A stretch of DNA of 44,179 bases, taken from the NCBI GenBank assembly GCA_032279465.1, contig GCA_032279465.1_4357.1. One strand, 5' to 3'. The position numbers and the translations under genes are program-made. Source of the stretch: a phage. Below the pieces are notes generated by a model that was given only the letters and a program-made list of their open reading frames with translations, was not told the DNA's origin and searched no databases. Below, piece by piece: positions 35,613 to 43,720 of this stretch (position 1 is the stretch's first letter; every line of letters begins with the position of its first letter).

Positions 35613-35844
35613 GGGTAATCACCTCTGATTTCGTCTTGCCTTCGTTGTCAGCGGCGGCTGCCTTCGATTCGTCCTGCTGCTGCCGTTGTGTTTTCTTAGC
35701 TAACTCAGCCTGTGCTTTTTGCTGTTGCTGCGAAACGAGATTAGCGCGGCCTTCGTGCCAGCCGCTGCGGTACTGATAAATGCCGTGTGTGTAAGCCTGG
35801 ATGATGAAACATGCTCCTGCTACGACGGTTGCTTTAAGATTCAT
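35458..35844 (-). CDS. i-spanin (Rz-like)
   Basis: 128 aa; N-terminal TM helix, Gln/Ala-rich coiled coil; overlapping Rz1-like ORF. Confidence 0.6.
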   Translation of the reverse strand: MNLKATVVAGACFIIQAYTHGIYQYRSGWHEGRANLVSQQQQKAQAELAKKTQRQQQDESKAAAADNEGKTKSEVITREVVKYIRTPGRSVCTFDPERVQFKSRAVANANSIPGYDDDAAAVQAGAAK

Positions 35845-35861
35845 GTTTCTCCTTTCTCGAT

Positions 35862-36062
35862 AAGTAAAGCCCCGCCTTAAAGCGGGGCGCTAGTCCTTAT
35901 CATTTAAACATAGAAACGGCGTAATCTAAGTAAACCTGTTACTTTTTACACAAGCAATAGAGTATGGCCCTTCCGAACGCGTCAGCGTAACTACACTCAG
36001 GACTTACGTCCCGCTCCGTTACCTGCCCGCGCCGCGGTCGCTTGTTCATACTTCACAAGCTC
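35862..36062 (-). ncRNA. Structured leader RNA, copy B (putative antitermination/attenuator element) ending in intrinsic terminator
   Basis: Paralog of 3665-3790; predicted start near 36062; 5' hairpin 36040-36060; covarying stem 35987-35991/36018-36022 enclosing hairpin 36000-36011; terminator stem 35869-35875/35882-35888 plus U-tract, about 25 nt upstream of Rz start. Confidence 0.45.
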
Positions 36063-36068
36063 AGGTGG

Positions 36069-36097
36069 AGCTTAGCACATTTTTAGTGAAAAGTCAA
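36069..36097 (-). promoter_or_regulatory. Promoter of leader RNA copy B (TTGACT-N17-TGcTAAGCT)
   Basis: Minus-strand -35 36092-36097, 17-nt spacer, extended -10 36069-36077; identical elements to copy A. Confidence 0.5.
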
Positions 36098-36111
36098 CTA
36101 TTCGAATAGTT
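36096..36111. promoter_or_regulatory. Perfect 16-bp palindrome AACTATTCGAATAGTT overlapping -35 of leader-RNA promoter
   Basis: Same GAATAG/CTATTC half-sites as the promoter inverted repeat, here with zero spacer; adjacent inverted repeat TATTCCA...TGGAATA. Confidence 0.4.
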
Positions 36112-36163
36112 TATTCCAACATTTACAATTCGGTGGAATAACTGGAATACGTAAATAAATAGT

Positions 36164-36192
36164 TTGCACACCCCAATATAATAGGGTACTAT
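36164..36192 (+). promoter_or_regulatory. Sigma70-like promoter (type 1: TTGCAC-N17-TACTAT) of 67-aa moron
   Basis: -35 36164-36169, -10 36187-36192, inverted repeat 36180-36193; AGGAGG Shine-Dalgarno then ATG 36220. Confidence 0.55.
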
Positions 36193-36219
36193 TCAGTTAA
36201 CTTAAACAGGAGGTGAAAA

Positions 36220-36423
36220 ATGTATGCAATTTGCGAAGTAGTTCAAGAGTTCGATGAAGAGTTCGACGGTGACTTGTGCCGGGTTAAAAAGGTTCTGCAG
36301 GTTTTCCCTGACGCAATGTCTGCTTACAAGGCATTAGATATATTTGAACCTGGAAGATACGGGGATTATGACACTGTTCTGAGGGTTGTCCATGAGCAGG
36401 ATTTAAACACAAGATTCCGTTGA
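36220..36423 (+). CDS. Hypothetical acidic protein (moron)
   Basis: 67 aa; own promoter and terminator; opposite orientation to surrounding late genes. Confidence 0.5.
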   Translation: MYAICEVVQEFDEEFDGDLCRVKKVLQVFPDAMSAYKALDIFEPGRYGDYDTVLRVVHEQDLNTRFR

Positions 36424-36429
36424 AAACTA

Positions 36430-36455
36430 AAGCCCCGTAAGGGGCCTTTTATCAT
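36430..36455. terminator. Rho-independent terminator
   Basis: Stem GCCCC/GGGGC with loop GTAA, followed by CTTTTATC. Confidence 0.55.
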
Positions 36456-36913
36456 TCTGGCTTAGTTACCTTCGCCGCTTTACTAACAGCCTCTACCCCA
36501 TCGGCATCAGTAACTTTAACGAAGTATTCACCTACCGCATTAACCATCAGAGACAAAGCCTCTTCCGGGGCGTTTACCACTTCCTTACCGTCTTTGTACC
36601 AGGTCAGAGCATACGGTGCTTTACCCGCCTTAACTTCGACAGTGATAGTTGCGCTGCCATCTGTAAGTTCAGTGTCTTTCGGTTGCACAGAGAAATACAC
36701 GTCACCAGCGTCCGCCAGATACGGAATTTCATAAAGCATACCAGCGGCAGAGAGTGCGATACCTGTCTTGTCTGCGTACGGCATCTCGTCTACAGGTATA
36801 CCTAGTACACTTTCATCCTCAACGTAGGTTACGTTCTCACCGGAGCCAGACACCCGAGCGTACTGGACTACGCGACGTGACGGCACATCAGTTACTTTGA
36901 AAAAACCCATCAT
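36452..36913 (-). CDS. Ig-like domain protein (structural)
   Basis: 153 aa; ATITVEVKAGKAPYALTWYKDGKEV Ig-like segment. Confidence 0.45.
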   Translation of the reverse strand: MMGFFKVTDVPSRRVVQYARVSGSGENVTYVEDESVLGIPVDEMPYADKTGIALSAAGMLYEIPYLADAGDVYFSVQPKDTELTDGSATITVEVKAGKAPYALTWYKDGKEVVNAPEEALSLMVNAVGEYFVKVTDADGVEAVSKAAKVTKPE

Positions 36914-37956
36914 TAATCCCCTTTCAGATAATCAGCAACACGTTTATCGAGTTCCGCCATCTGCTTAAGCGTAAGCGGATTCCCGAAACCATCTACAGAT
37001 TTTACGCGAAACTCTTCCGGCGATATACCGCTGTTACGGAAAATCTTACCACGAACAGGACCGAGCGCCTGGTCCTGAAACCATGCTGGTTGTTGTTTCA
37101 GGAACTCGTAATAGGTGGTGTCTGCGCTTACCTGAGTACCGCCGTCCGCACCCTTAGCCGCACGTTTTGCGCCTTTATCAAGGAAGTCGAACTCTGAACT
37201 GATTACCGGTGCAGTGGTACTTCGGCAATTAGGATGGGCTGGTGGCATCGGACCTTTACCGATTTCCCACGTCATTCCGTCTCTGGCCCTGCAAATCGTG
37301 CTGGTACGGCTGTCCAGCGTCGACATCCACTCGTATTTCTCGATGATGTCGTCGTTCTGGCGGTACGTCTCGTTACGTGCTTCGTTGGACACGTGGGACA
37401 GCGCAGTACGGATTACTGTAGCCGCGTATTTCTCCGATACGTCAGCCAGCCCGCCTTTACCGACTACTTCCGTAACAATCTGCCGTGTTGTCTTACCCTG
37501 AACAAAGCCCATCTTAACGCCGGTTACAAGACGTGCTACTTCCGTTTCACCCCAGCCCGACATCAGCTTGGTGAAATCAACGGGCTTGTCGCTCAATGAT
37601 AATGGTTGAAACTCGGCAGCGGCCCATACCTGTTCTGCGGTAGGCGTAACAAATTCCGCGTCTACGTTGGCGGTCAGTGTCTTTACGTTCCACTCAGCCT
37701 CATACGCCGCCAGTTCCTTAAGGTCTTCTGTCAGCTTTGTCTGCCAGTCGCCCGTAAGCCCCACCAGTGCTTCTTCAAGGTCGCGTAACAATTTATTCAG
37801 TCGGGCAGTGCTTCGCCCGTCGTCACCGAATAACAGCACCTGCCGTTTTATTTCGTCCCGCATCTCCTGAATGAACGGTGCTAGGTCTTTCACTTCACCA
37901 GATGCGGTGCGTTGCAGCCAAATCTGGTGGCTGATTAGTGATGTCAGTAAGCTCAT
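36913..37956 (-). CDS. Head morphogenesis protein (SPP1 gp7 / Mu F-like)
   Basis: 347 aa; HPNCRS motif typical of the family; follows portal gene. Confidence 0.65.
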   Translation of the reverse strand: MSLLTSLISHQIWLQRTASGEVKDLAPFIQEMRDEIKRQVLLFGDDGRSTARLNKLLRDLEEALVGLTGDWQTKLTEDLKELAAYEAEWNVKTLTANVDAEFVTPTAEQVWAAAEFQPLSLSDKPVDFTKLMSGWGETEVARLVTGVKMGFVQGKTTRQIVTEVVGKGGLADVSEKYAATVIRTALSHVSNEARNETYRQNDDIIEKYEWMSTLDSRTSTICRARDGMTWEIGKGPMPPAHPNCRSTTAPVISSEFDFLDKGAKRAAKGADGGTQVSADTTYYEFLKQQPAWFQDQALGPVRGKIFRNSGISPEEFRVKSVDGFGNPLTLKQMAELDKRVADYLKGD

Positions 37957-38037
37957 ATACCCTCCTGTTTCGATATGACAATCATATCAGTCGGTAACGT
38001 ATTGGCATAATCATACGCATTTAAGGTTAAAAAGAGC

Positions 38038-38068
38038 TTGATTAAATTCTACATTCAAATGTAGAATT
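38038..38068 (+). promoter_or_regulatory. Promoter of KilA-N gene overlapped by 24-bp perfect palindrome (operator candidate)
   Basis: -35 TTGATT 38038-38043, -10 TAGAAT 38062-38067; palindrome AATTCTACATT-CA-AATGTAGAATT at 38045-38068. Confidence 0.5.
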
Positions 38069-38098
38069 TAAACGTACACTTAAACAGGAGAAATACAC

Positions 38099-38752
38099 AT
38101 GAAACTGCAAACATTAGAGTTCCCTTATGGAGAAATCACTTTTGACCGTGAAAACTTTATTAACGTAAACGAGCTGGTTGACCAGATGAACCGTTGGCGT
38201 TTAGACAACGGCATGGGGGCCAGAGAGCTTCGCCAGGTCATGGCAACGGATGGCTTCAAGATTTTCAAGGAGGAATGCGAAAAACAACTCGGAATCGAGA
38301 ATGCCATAAGGGCGACGAAAGGCCGAAACGGTCGCACCTTTGCATGTCTCCATCTGGCAGTATATATTGCGGAGCAATACAGCGCCTATTTCCATTTCCT
38401 CGTTATCGACCGCTTTATCACACAACGGCAGGTAGAACTACGAAACATTGGCGCGGTGAGCTTTGTCGAGCTTAACGCTGCCGTTAGTCGAATGATCGAG
38501 CGCACGGAGGGAAGAATTGGCCACAGTGGACACTTCATACAGGTGGCTAAAGCGGTAAAGGAATCCGTAGATATCCGCGACGTAACGGGTTTCGATACAT
38601 GGGACTCTCAGGATGCGAAGACCAATCAGTTGCGAAGTGACATCCAGAAAGCTCTGGTGACGCTTCTTGACATGGAGGCCGTTAATACATGGGGTGAACT
38701 GAAAGAGGCGATACCTCGGGTTGTGCGTAAATGTGCGGCTAATATACGTTAA
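38099..38752 (+). CDS. KilA-N domain protein (moron)
   Basis: 217 aa; GRNGRTFACLHLAVYIAEQYSAYFHFLVIDRF resembles KilA-N core; own promoter and terminator; opposite orientation to late genes. Confidence 0.5.
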   Translation: MKLQTLEFPYGEITFDRENFINVNELVDQMNRWRLDNGMGARELRQVMATDGFKIFKEECEKQLGIENAIRATKGRNGRTFACLHLAVYIAEQYSAYFHFLVIDRFITQRQVELRNIGAVSFVELNAAVSRMIERTEGRIGHSGHFIQVAKAVKESVDIRDVTGFDTWDSQDAKTNQLRSDIQKALVTLLDMEAVNTWGELKEAIPRVVRKCAANIR

Positions 38753-38756
38753 AACT

Positions 38757-38783
38757 AAGGCCCCTAGCGGGGCCTTTCTATTT
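38757..38783. terminator. Bidirectional Rho-independent terminator
   Basis: Stem AGGCCCC/GGGGCCT with loop TAGC, then TTCTATTT; between KilA-N and convergent portal gene. Confidence 0.6.
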
Positions 38784-40251
38784 ACTCCTGTTGTTGCGCG
38801 GACTGCGGAATTTCTCCTGCTACCTGAGCAACCGCACCCAACGGCAGCGGTGCGTCCCCAATAGCGTTCTGAATGTCCCCATCGGTCCAGTCGGTTACGC
38901 CAGCCTTACGCAACGCGGCGTAGTAAGCAGTAGCTGGTAGCAGGCCTGCGTTAATGTCCGCCATCCACTGAGCGCGGTCCTGAGCTGTCATAGGTTGCAG
39001 GAAGAATTCCATATTCAGCTTGAACTCAATCTCAGTATCTTCACTAAGCCCAAGCATACCCGCTACCCAGCGCAATGCATCGGTATACGCCATACTTACG
39101 TTACGTGCGATTGTCGCCATAACAGACGTATCCGCGCCACGTTGCAGGCGGGCGGATTCGGCGGTGATTTGCTGCGTCGGGGTGATAAGCTGCGCACCAA
39201 TCTGAATGGCCTGATTCTCTTTATCCAGCATATTCTGTTTGGCGAGGTTGTTCTCTCCTGCCTGAACAAGAAATGCATTGCCGCCGTAACCGATGTTATG
39301 GCCCGAACGCGACCCCATGCGCACGCCGTGAGGGTTGGCTTCTTTCCACTGTTCCATGCTCATGTTCTCGCCAGGGGCGATGAACAGAGTAGGCTGGCCT
39401 ACAACGAAGCTGGATTCCTCGTTGTCCGCGCTGTTGCGGAAATGCCCGATATTAAGCTCAGCTAACGGTAGCAAAGGTGCATCATCAATGGTCGCATCGT
39501 TGTTGCTTGCCCCAATGAACGTGAACGGGATTTTGCCCCGTAACTGTTCGCCAAGTTCCGGGAATATTTCGATTACATCATCCTGAGCGCCACCTTCGGC
39601 ATCGAAGCGATAGATTCGCTGGCGGTAGCGCCCGTCAATCAAATCGAGAACGCGGTATTGTTCACCGAACTTTGTTTCGAACTCTGCACTTGGTTCTGAG
39701 TATTCCCACACCTCACGTAACACGACCATCGTCACACGGTTCACTGAGCCGATGCGGGTCAGTCGCCAGTTGATGATGTTCTCAGCAGTGTAGAATGCAA
39801 TGACCGGGTTTAGTAACCCCGCGTTCTGTTCGGCTGCCGTTGCCGCGGCTGTCTCCGGGGCGTCCACCAGCAACCCGCCACGACCCACCGAATCAATCTC
39901 CATTAGCGTATCCTGTGCGTGCTGCCACAGCCCGACACCAGAACCGTCCGCGTTACGTAACAGGTACTCCAGTTCAGGCGGTATAATCTGCTCGGGGTCT
40001 TTGCGCATGACACTGCCGACCATCCCCGCCAGCGTTCTCTTGGTGAAGTTGTAACAGATAGCGCCGTTCTCGTATTCTTCCTGGCGCTGTGCCGCGTAGG
40101 TCGGGTCCGGCTCATTCTTCCCAACGTTGCGCAGATAGCGGATAAGGTCGCCTTCCAGCGCGTGGCGCACCTTCTGCCATTTATCGAAGTGGTGCAGCCA
40201 TTCCCGGTGTTTTGTCTTAACACCCTGATTCTGACCGTTCATAGTTAACAT
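38782..40251 (-). CDS. Portal protein
   Basis: 489 aa directly downstream of large terminase. Confidence 0.7.
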   Translation of the reverse strand: MLTMNGQNQGVKTKHREWLHHFDKWQKVRHALEGDLIRYLRNVGKNEPDPTYAAQRQEEYENGAICYNFTKRTLAGMVGSVMRKDPEQIIPPELEYLLRNADGSGVGLWQHAQDTLMEIDSVGRGGLLVDAPETAAATAAEQNAGLLNPVIAFYTAENIINWRLTRIGSVNRVTMVVLREVWEYSEPSAEFETKFGEQYRVLDLIDGRYRQRIYRFDAEGGAQDDVIEIFPELGEQLRGKIPFTFIGASNNDATIDDAPLLPLAELNIGHFRNSADNEESSFVVGQPTLFIAPGENMSMEQWKEANPHGVRMGSRSGHNIGYGGNAFLVQAGENNLAKQNMLDKENQAIQIGAQLITPTQQITAESARLQRGADTSVMATIARNVSMAYTDALRWVAGMLGLSEDTEIEFKLNMEFFLQPMTAQDRAQWMADINAGLLPATAYYAALRKAGVTDWTDGDIQNAIGDAPLPLGAVAQVAGEIPQSAQQQE

Positions 40252-40263
40252 TGAATAATCCTC

Positions 40264-41535
40264 TTAAAGTGCGAAAGTCACCGGGACATTAATAACTGGT
40301 TTGCGAATCGGCATTTCATACGCGATAGGATATGTGGTCCCGTCGTTCTGGTGGTCCACACCACCCGATTTATCCGGTTCGCCGTTCTTGTCGTAAGCCT
40401 GTTGCTCCAGGCATCGCGCGGTAACCGGGCAAGCCTGCTCATTAATCATGACCATACCAGATTCAAGCGCCTTATTCATCGCCGCTACGCGGTCTTTAAC
40501 CGGTGGGTTTGTCGATTTAGCGCGCACTTCGAAGCCGGCCTGCTGTAACTGGGCAATATCAGATGTGCTGGCGTTGTTACTTTTACGGTTTTTACCGCTT
40601 GCGTCGGGGTACATAACGATATAGTGGCCCTTACTTTTCCAGCGCTCTGTTACGGCTCTCACCACATCGGGCGTATCGAACATATCCACCAACTCGGCGA
40701 CTGCATGCCAGACTTTGCCACGTTGCACGTAAACTGTACTAGCCATGTGGCCTACGTTAAAGTCCTGCCCGATATACAGAGTCTCGCCTGGTTTTATTGT
40801 TTCGCGGCTGCTGTTTTTCCTGCGGTCATAGGCGTAATAGACAGTCCCCGCCGTCAGGTTGACGAACTCGCCGTTGATGTAGGCGTCAATCAACTGACCT
40901 GGGTATGTGTCGCGTAACGACTGCACATAATCTTCTGGCAGGAACGGGTTAGACAGGGTGGACGCCTGAATCATCTCGTAGCCTGGATTCTTTTTGACTA
41001 CCCAGCGGTCATGTACGAAACGGAATCCTTCCGGGGTAGTGAACACGGAAACGGTATTAGCAGGTTTCGGTGTAATAGGTTTATATGTCCGCGGCAACTG
41101 GCGGTTACGGGCGATGACTTTGTTCCACGCGTGCTCGGCGTGCTCCATGTTAAGGGTGTCCAACTCGTCGATTTTCGCACGAAACGATTCGTAGCCAACG
41201 ATTCGTGCTGGATTATCAAGTGTACGCAGAACAAAATCCCCAAATTGTCCGGAAGACGTATAGATTATGTTGTCAGACTTGTTGTATTTGTACCGGATAC
41301 CCCAGTCGGTGAGCTTTTCTTCCATACGCGGTGCAAGGATGAGGCGCACCAGGTCATAGGTCGGCTCATACATGGCGATGATAGAATCGCTACCACCTTC
41401 CATGCTGTCGAGTAGTGCAGAGTTGCACATAACTTCGGATTTACCCGTACCGAAGCCAGCTACGAATGCCGGAAACTTGCAATGCATACCGAGAAACGCG
41501 CCTTGCGGCTCCGTTGCCGTGATATTAACGTTCAC
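40264..41535 (-). CDS. Terminase large subunit
   Basis: 423 aa; Walker A AGFGTGKS near N-terminus; upstream of portal. Confidence 0.8.
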   Translation of the reverse strand: MNVNITATEPQGAFLGMHCKFPAFVAGFGTGKSEVMCNSALLDSMEGGSDSIIAMYEPTYDLVRLILAPRMEEKLTDWGIRYKYNKSDNIIYTSSGQFGDFVLRTLDNPARIVGYESFRAKIDELDTLNMEHAEHAWNKVIARNRQLPRTYKPITPKPANTVSVFTTPEGFRFVHDRWVVKKNPGYEMIQASTLSNPFLPEDYVQSLRDTYPGQLIDAYINGEFVNLTAGTVYYAYDRRKNSSRETIKPGETLYIGQDFNVGHMASTVYVQRGKVWHAVAELVDMFDTPDVVRAVTERWKSKGHYIVMYPDASGKNRKSNNASTSDIAQLQQAGFEVRAKSTNPPVKDRVAAMNKALESGMVMINEQACPVTARCLEQQAYDKNGEPDKSGGVDHQNDGTTYPIAYEMPIRKPVINVPVTFAL

Positions 41536-42034
41536 CGGACACCACCTTAATTGTTACTTCGCTGATTGGCTCGTCGCGTACTTCTTCGGCGGCAACAGTT
41601 TTATTCAGGCCCAGTTTCGCGGCAGCAAACGTAGCAGAGATGCCCGCGGCCCCCGTTTCAGTGAAGTATGCCTCTTCCAGCGCCTGTGCCGTTTCATAGG
41701 CTTCTGCAAATGCGGGAATCTCGCGCAGCCACAGCTTAATAATCGGGATAGTGACACCGATGTGTAAGGCGAAGCGAGCCAGTGATGGCGGTTTATCCTG
41801 AATCCGCGGGCGTTCATCACCCTTTGACGTAGGTACAAGCTCCCACGACGTGCGGTCAAAGAACTCGATTAACGCGTCGCAATAGTCCGGGTCCCACAGT
41901 GCGGCGGAGTTACGTGATGATTGATAAAGGCTCTGTTTACCACGCGGTCGTCTACGGCGACGGTTTGCGCTAACAGCTTCTTCATGTGCAGCTTGTACCA
42001 CCTCTGGCGATGGCTGCTTAAGTTTCAGCTTCAT
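41525..42034 (-). CDS. Terminase small subunit (putative)
   Basis: ORF track 41525..42073; probable ATG 42034 behind AAGGGG; basic N-terminal region RRRRRPRGK; overlaps large terminase start. Confidence 0.5.
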   Translation of the reverse strand: MKLKLKQPSPEVVQAAHEEAVSANRRRRRPRGKQSLYQSSRNSAALWDPDYCDALIEFFDRTSWELVPTSKGDERPRIQDKPPSLARFALHIGVTIPIIKLWLREIPAFAEAYETAQALEEAYFTETGAAGISATFAAAKLGLNKTVAAEEVRDEPISEVTIKVVSGER

Positions 42035-42126
42035 AGAATCCCCTTGCATATGCGTCTGACCATCAGAGCGCACCAGACGCGCCCTACGCGTCTAAAGGGA
42101 TTATATAAGGGGATTGGGCGGGATGT

Positions 42127-42151
42127 ACAGAAAAGCCCTCCGTAGAGGGCT
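42127..42151 (-). terminator. Rho-independent terminator upstream of terminase genes
   Basis: Stem AGCCCTC/GAGGGCT with loop CGTA, followed on minus strand by TTTTCTG. Confidence 0.5.
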
Positions 42152-42210
42152 TGTATCAGTTATATAGGCCGTGGCGTGGCGCTCGTTTACCGTCGCCGCC
42201 GTAATGGTCG

Positions 42211-42450
42211 TTAGCTACAGCGATAGCCCAGGCATTCGGAAAGACTAAAAGTTGCATTAAATTCCTCAAGGTCTATTTTACGAATACATGGTGAAAGGCA
42301 ATCAGCGAAAACCAACTCACCAGAATCAATAACGACGAATCGCCAGCCTTTGAATATGTTCTCGGAAATACCCTCCGCAACTTCGCGTACATTAGGCATG
42401 TGTTCTGGGAAATCGTGGAAGTTTCTGGACAAAAAATTCAAGTGCCTCAC
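42211..42450 (-). CDS. Hypothetical protein
   Basis: 79 aa ORF. Confidence 0.35.
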   Translation of the reverse strand: MRHLNFLSRNFHDFPEHMPNVREVAEGISENIFKGWRFVVIDSGELVFADCLSPCIRKIDLEEFNATFSLSECLGYRCS

Positions 42451-42480
42451 ACCGGTTTATGTGGTAGTTATCATATTCAA

Positions 42481-42717
42481 TCATTCCCCGCTCTCCTCTC
42501 GTGCAATGCGTTGCTCTGTTTTAGTGATACCACGGCGCGTGAATAACACCGGGCTTGTCTTAACGTGCGTCATCAGACGGTTGTTATAAATTACATGGCG
42601 TTCGCAATCAACGTCTTTGCTGTACTTGGCAATCGTCATCTCATTGATGCCGGTTTGACGGCATGTCTCCGCCATCGTGCCAAATTCTTTAATAAGGTTA
42701 GGAATGCTGGTAATCAA
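42481..42717 (-). CDS. Putative HTH DNA-binding protein
   Basis: 78 aa; AETCRQTGINEMTIAKY helix-turn-helix-like segment. Confidence 0.35.
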   Translation of the reverse strand: MITSIPNLIKEFGTMAETCRQTGINEMTIAKYSKDVDCERHVIYNNRLMTHVKTSPVLFTRRGITKTEQRIAREESGE

Positions 42718-43010
42718 TTAATCTCTCCCTTAGTAACCGTTATGTCTTTCTTATCCAGGTCTACGAACACCGTATGGCTGCCGTTAGTAAGAACGAGGCA
42801 CCGAGGAACCAACCCCTCTGTAGACCATATAAACTCTTGCGGTCGACAAGCGCGCACCCTGCGTGTTTCGAACATGCCATTGACCGAGATAACACCGTAA
42901 TTCTGTGTTTCACTGGCGTTTGCATATTTACGATAGACGGCCTCTTCTATCGCAGATTCAATATCAGTGAATCTCGATGCAACAGTACGCGCCATTATTT
43001 TCGACCCCAC
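42714..43010 (-). CDS. Hypothetical protein
   Basis: 98 aa ORF coupled to neighbour. Confidence 0.35.
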   Translation of the reverse strand: MGSKIMARTVASRFTDIESAIEEAVYRKYANASETQNYGVISVNGMFETRRVRACRPQEFIWSTEGLVPRCLVLTNGSHTVFVDLDKKDITVTKGEIN

Positions 43011-43082
43011 ACAAAACCAACCAATACGCCGATAAAATAGCTTGCCACTACAAGACCAATAACCACTTCAAGGATCATACTC

Positions 43083-43283
43083 TTACCCCACTATCTCATC
43101 ACCGAGCCACGCCGTTTCTCGTATATCGTCTACCACACAAGCGGCGTGCTCCCGGCTAATTGCAAAAATGTAGAAGCTGAACTTCTTCCCGTCGGCGTCG
43201 ATGTGGTTAACCGAGTAAGGTTTCCACAGGACGCCATCGATAACTACCGGTTTAGGCGCTTTCATCTTCTGGTCCGACAACAT
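43083..43283 (-). CDS. Hypothetical protein
   Basis: 66 aa ORF. Confidence 0.3.
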   Translation of the reverse strand: MLSDQKMKAPKPVVIDGVLWKPYSVNHIDADGKKFSFYIFAISREHAACVVDDIRETAWLGDEIVG

Positions 43284-43551
43284 TGTCGTACAGCGGGATT
43301 ATCACATCAGCCCCATCCTTTGAAGCTGCGGTTGCCGTGTTGTAATAAGCCAGCGAAGAACTGTCTTCACCGACGAACAACCCCGCGTACACGTTCGGTT
43401 CTTGCGTCTTAATAGCCAGTAGCTCTTTAAACGCCTCCAGCTGAAACTCACCGTTAATCGACAGTTGCCCACCTAACGTCTGTTTCTCCGACTCAAGCAC
43501 CAGAATACGGTGTTCGAGAGATGCGATTGTGATTTTAGGCATTGGTGTCAC
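43252..43551 (-). CDS. Hypothetical protein
   Basis: 99 aa ORF. Confidence 0.35.
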   Translation of the reverse strand: MTPMPKITIASLEHRILVLESEKQTLGGQLSINGEFQLEAFKELLAIKTQEPNVYAGLFVGEDSSSLAYYNTATAASKDGADVIIPLYDNVVGPEDESA

Positions 43552-43720
43552 CTTTGTTCAGGTTGAAGCGGTTAATCAGTTCACGGCGCGTCTCGTAAAG
43601 CGACTCGACCATTTGCTCGGCTACCGAGATTTTAGTATTCAGGACGCGCATCACGTGTCCGATGTCTACGCCGCCTTTAACGGCCTCAACCATCATCTTT
43701 TCGTATTCACGGTCAGTCAT
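43535..43720 (-). CDS. Hypothetical protein
   Basis: 61 aa ORF; further unlisted minus-strand ORFs below 60 aa follow at 43720-44110. Confidence 0.3.
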   Translation of the reverse strand: MTDREYEKMMVEAVKGGVDIGHVMRVLNTKISVAEQMVESLYETRRELINRFNLNKGDTNA

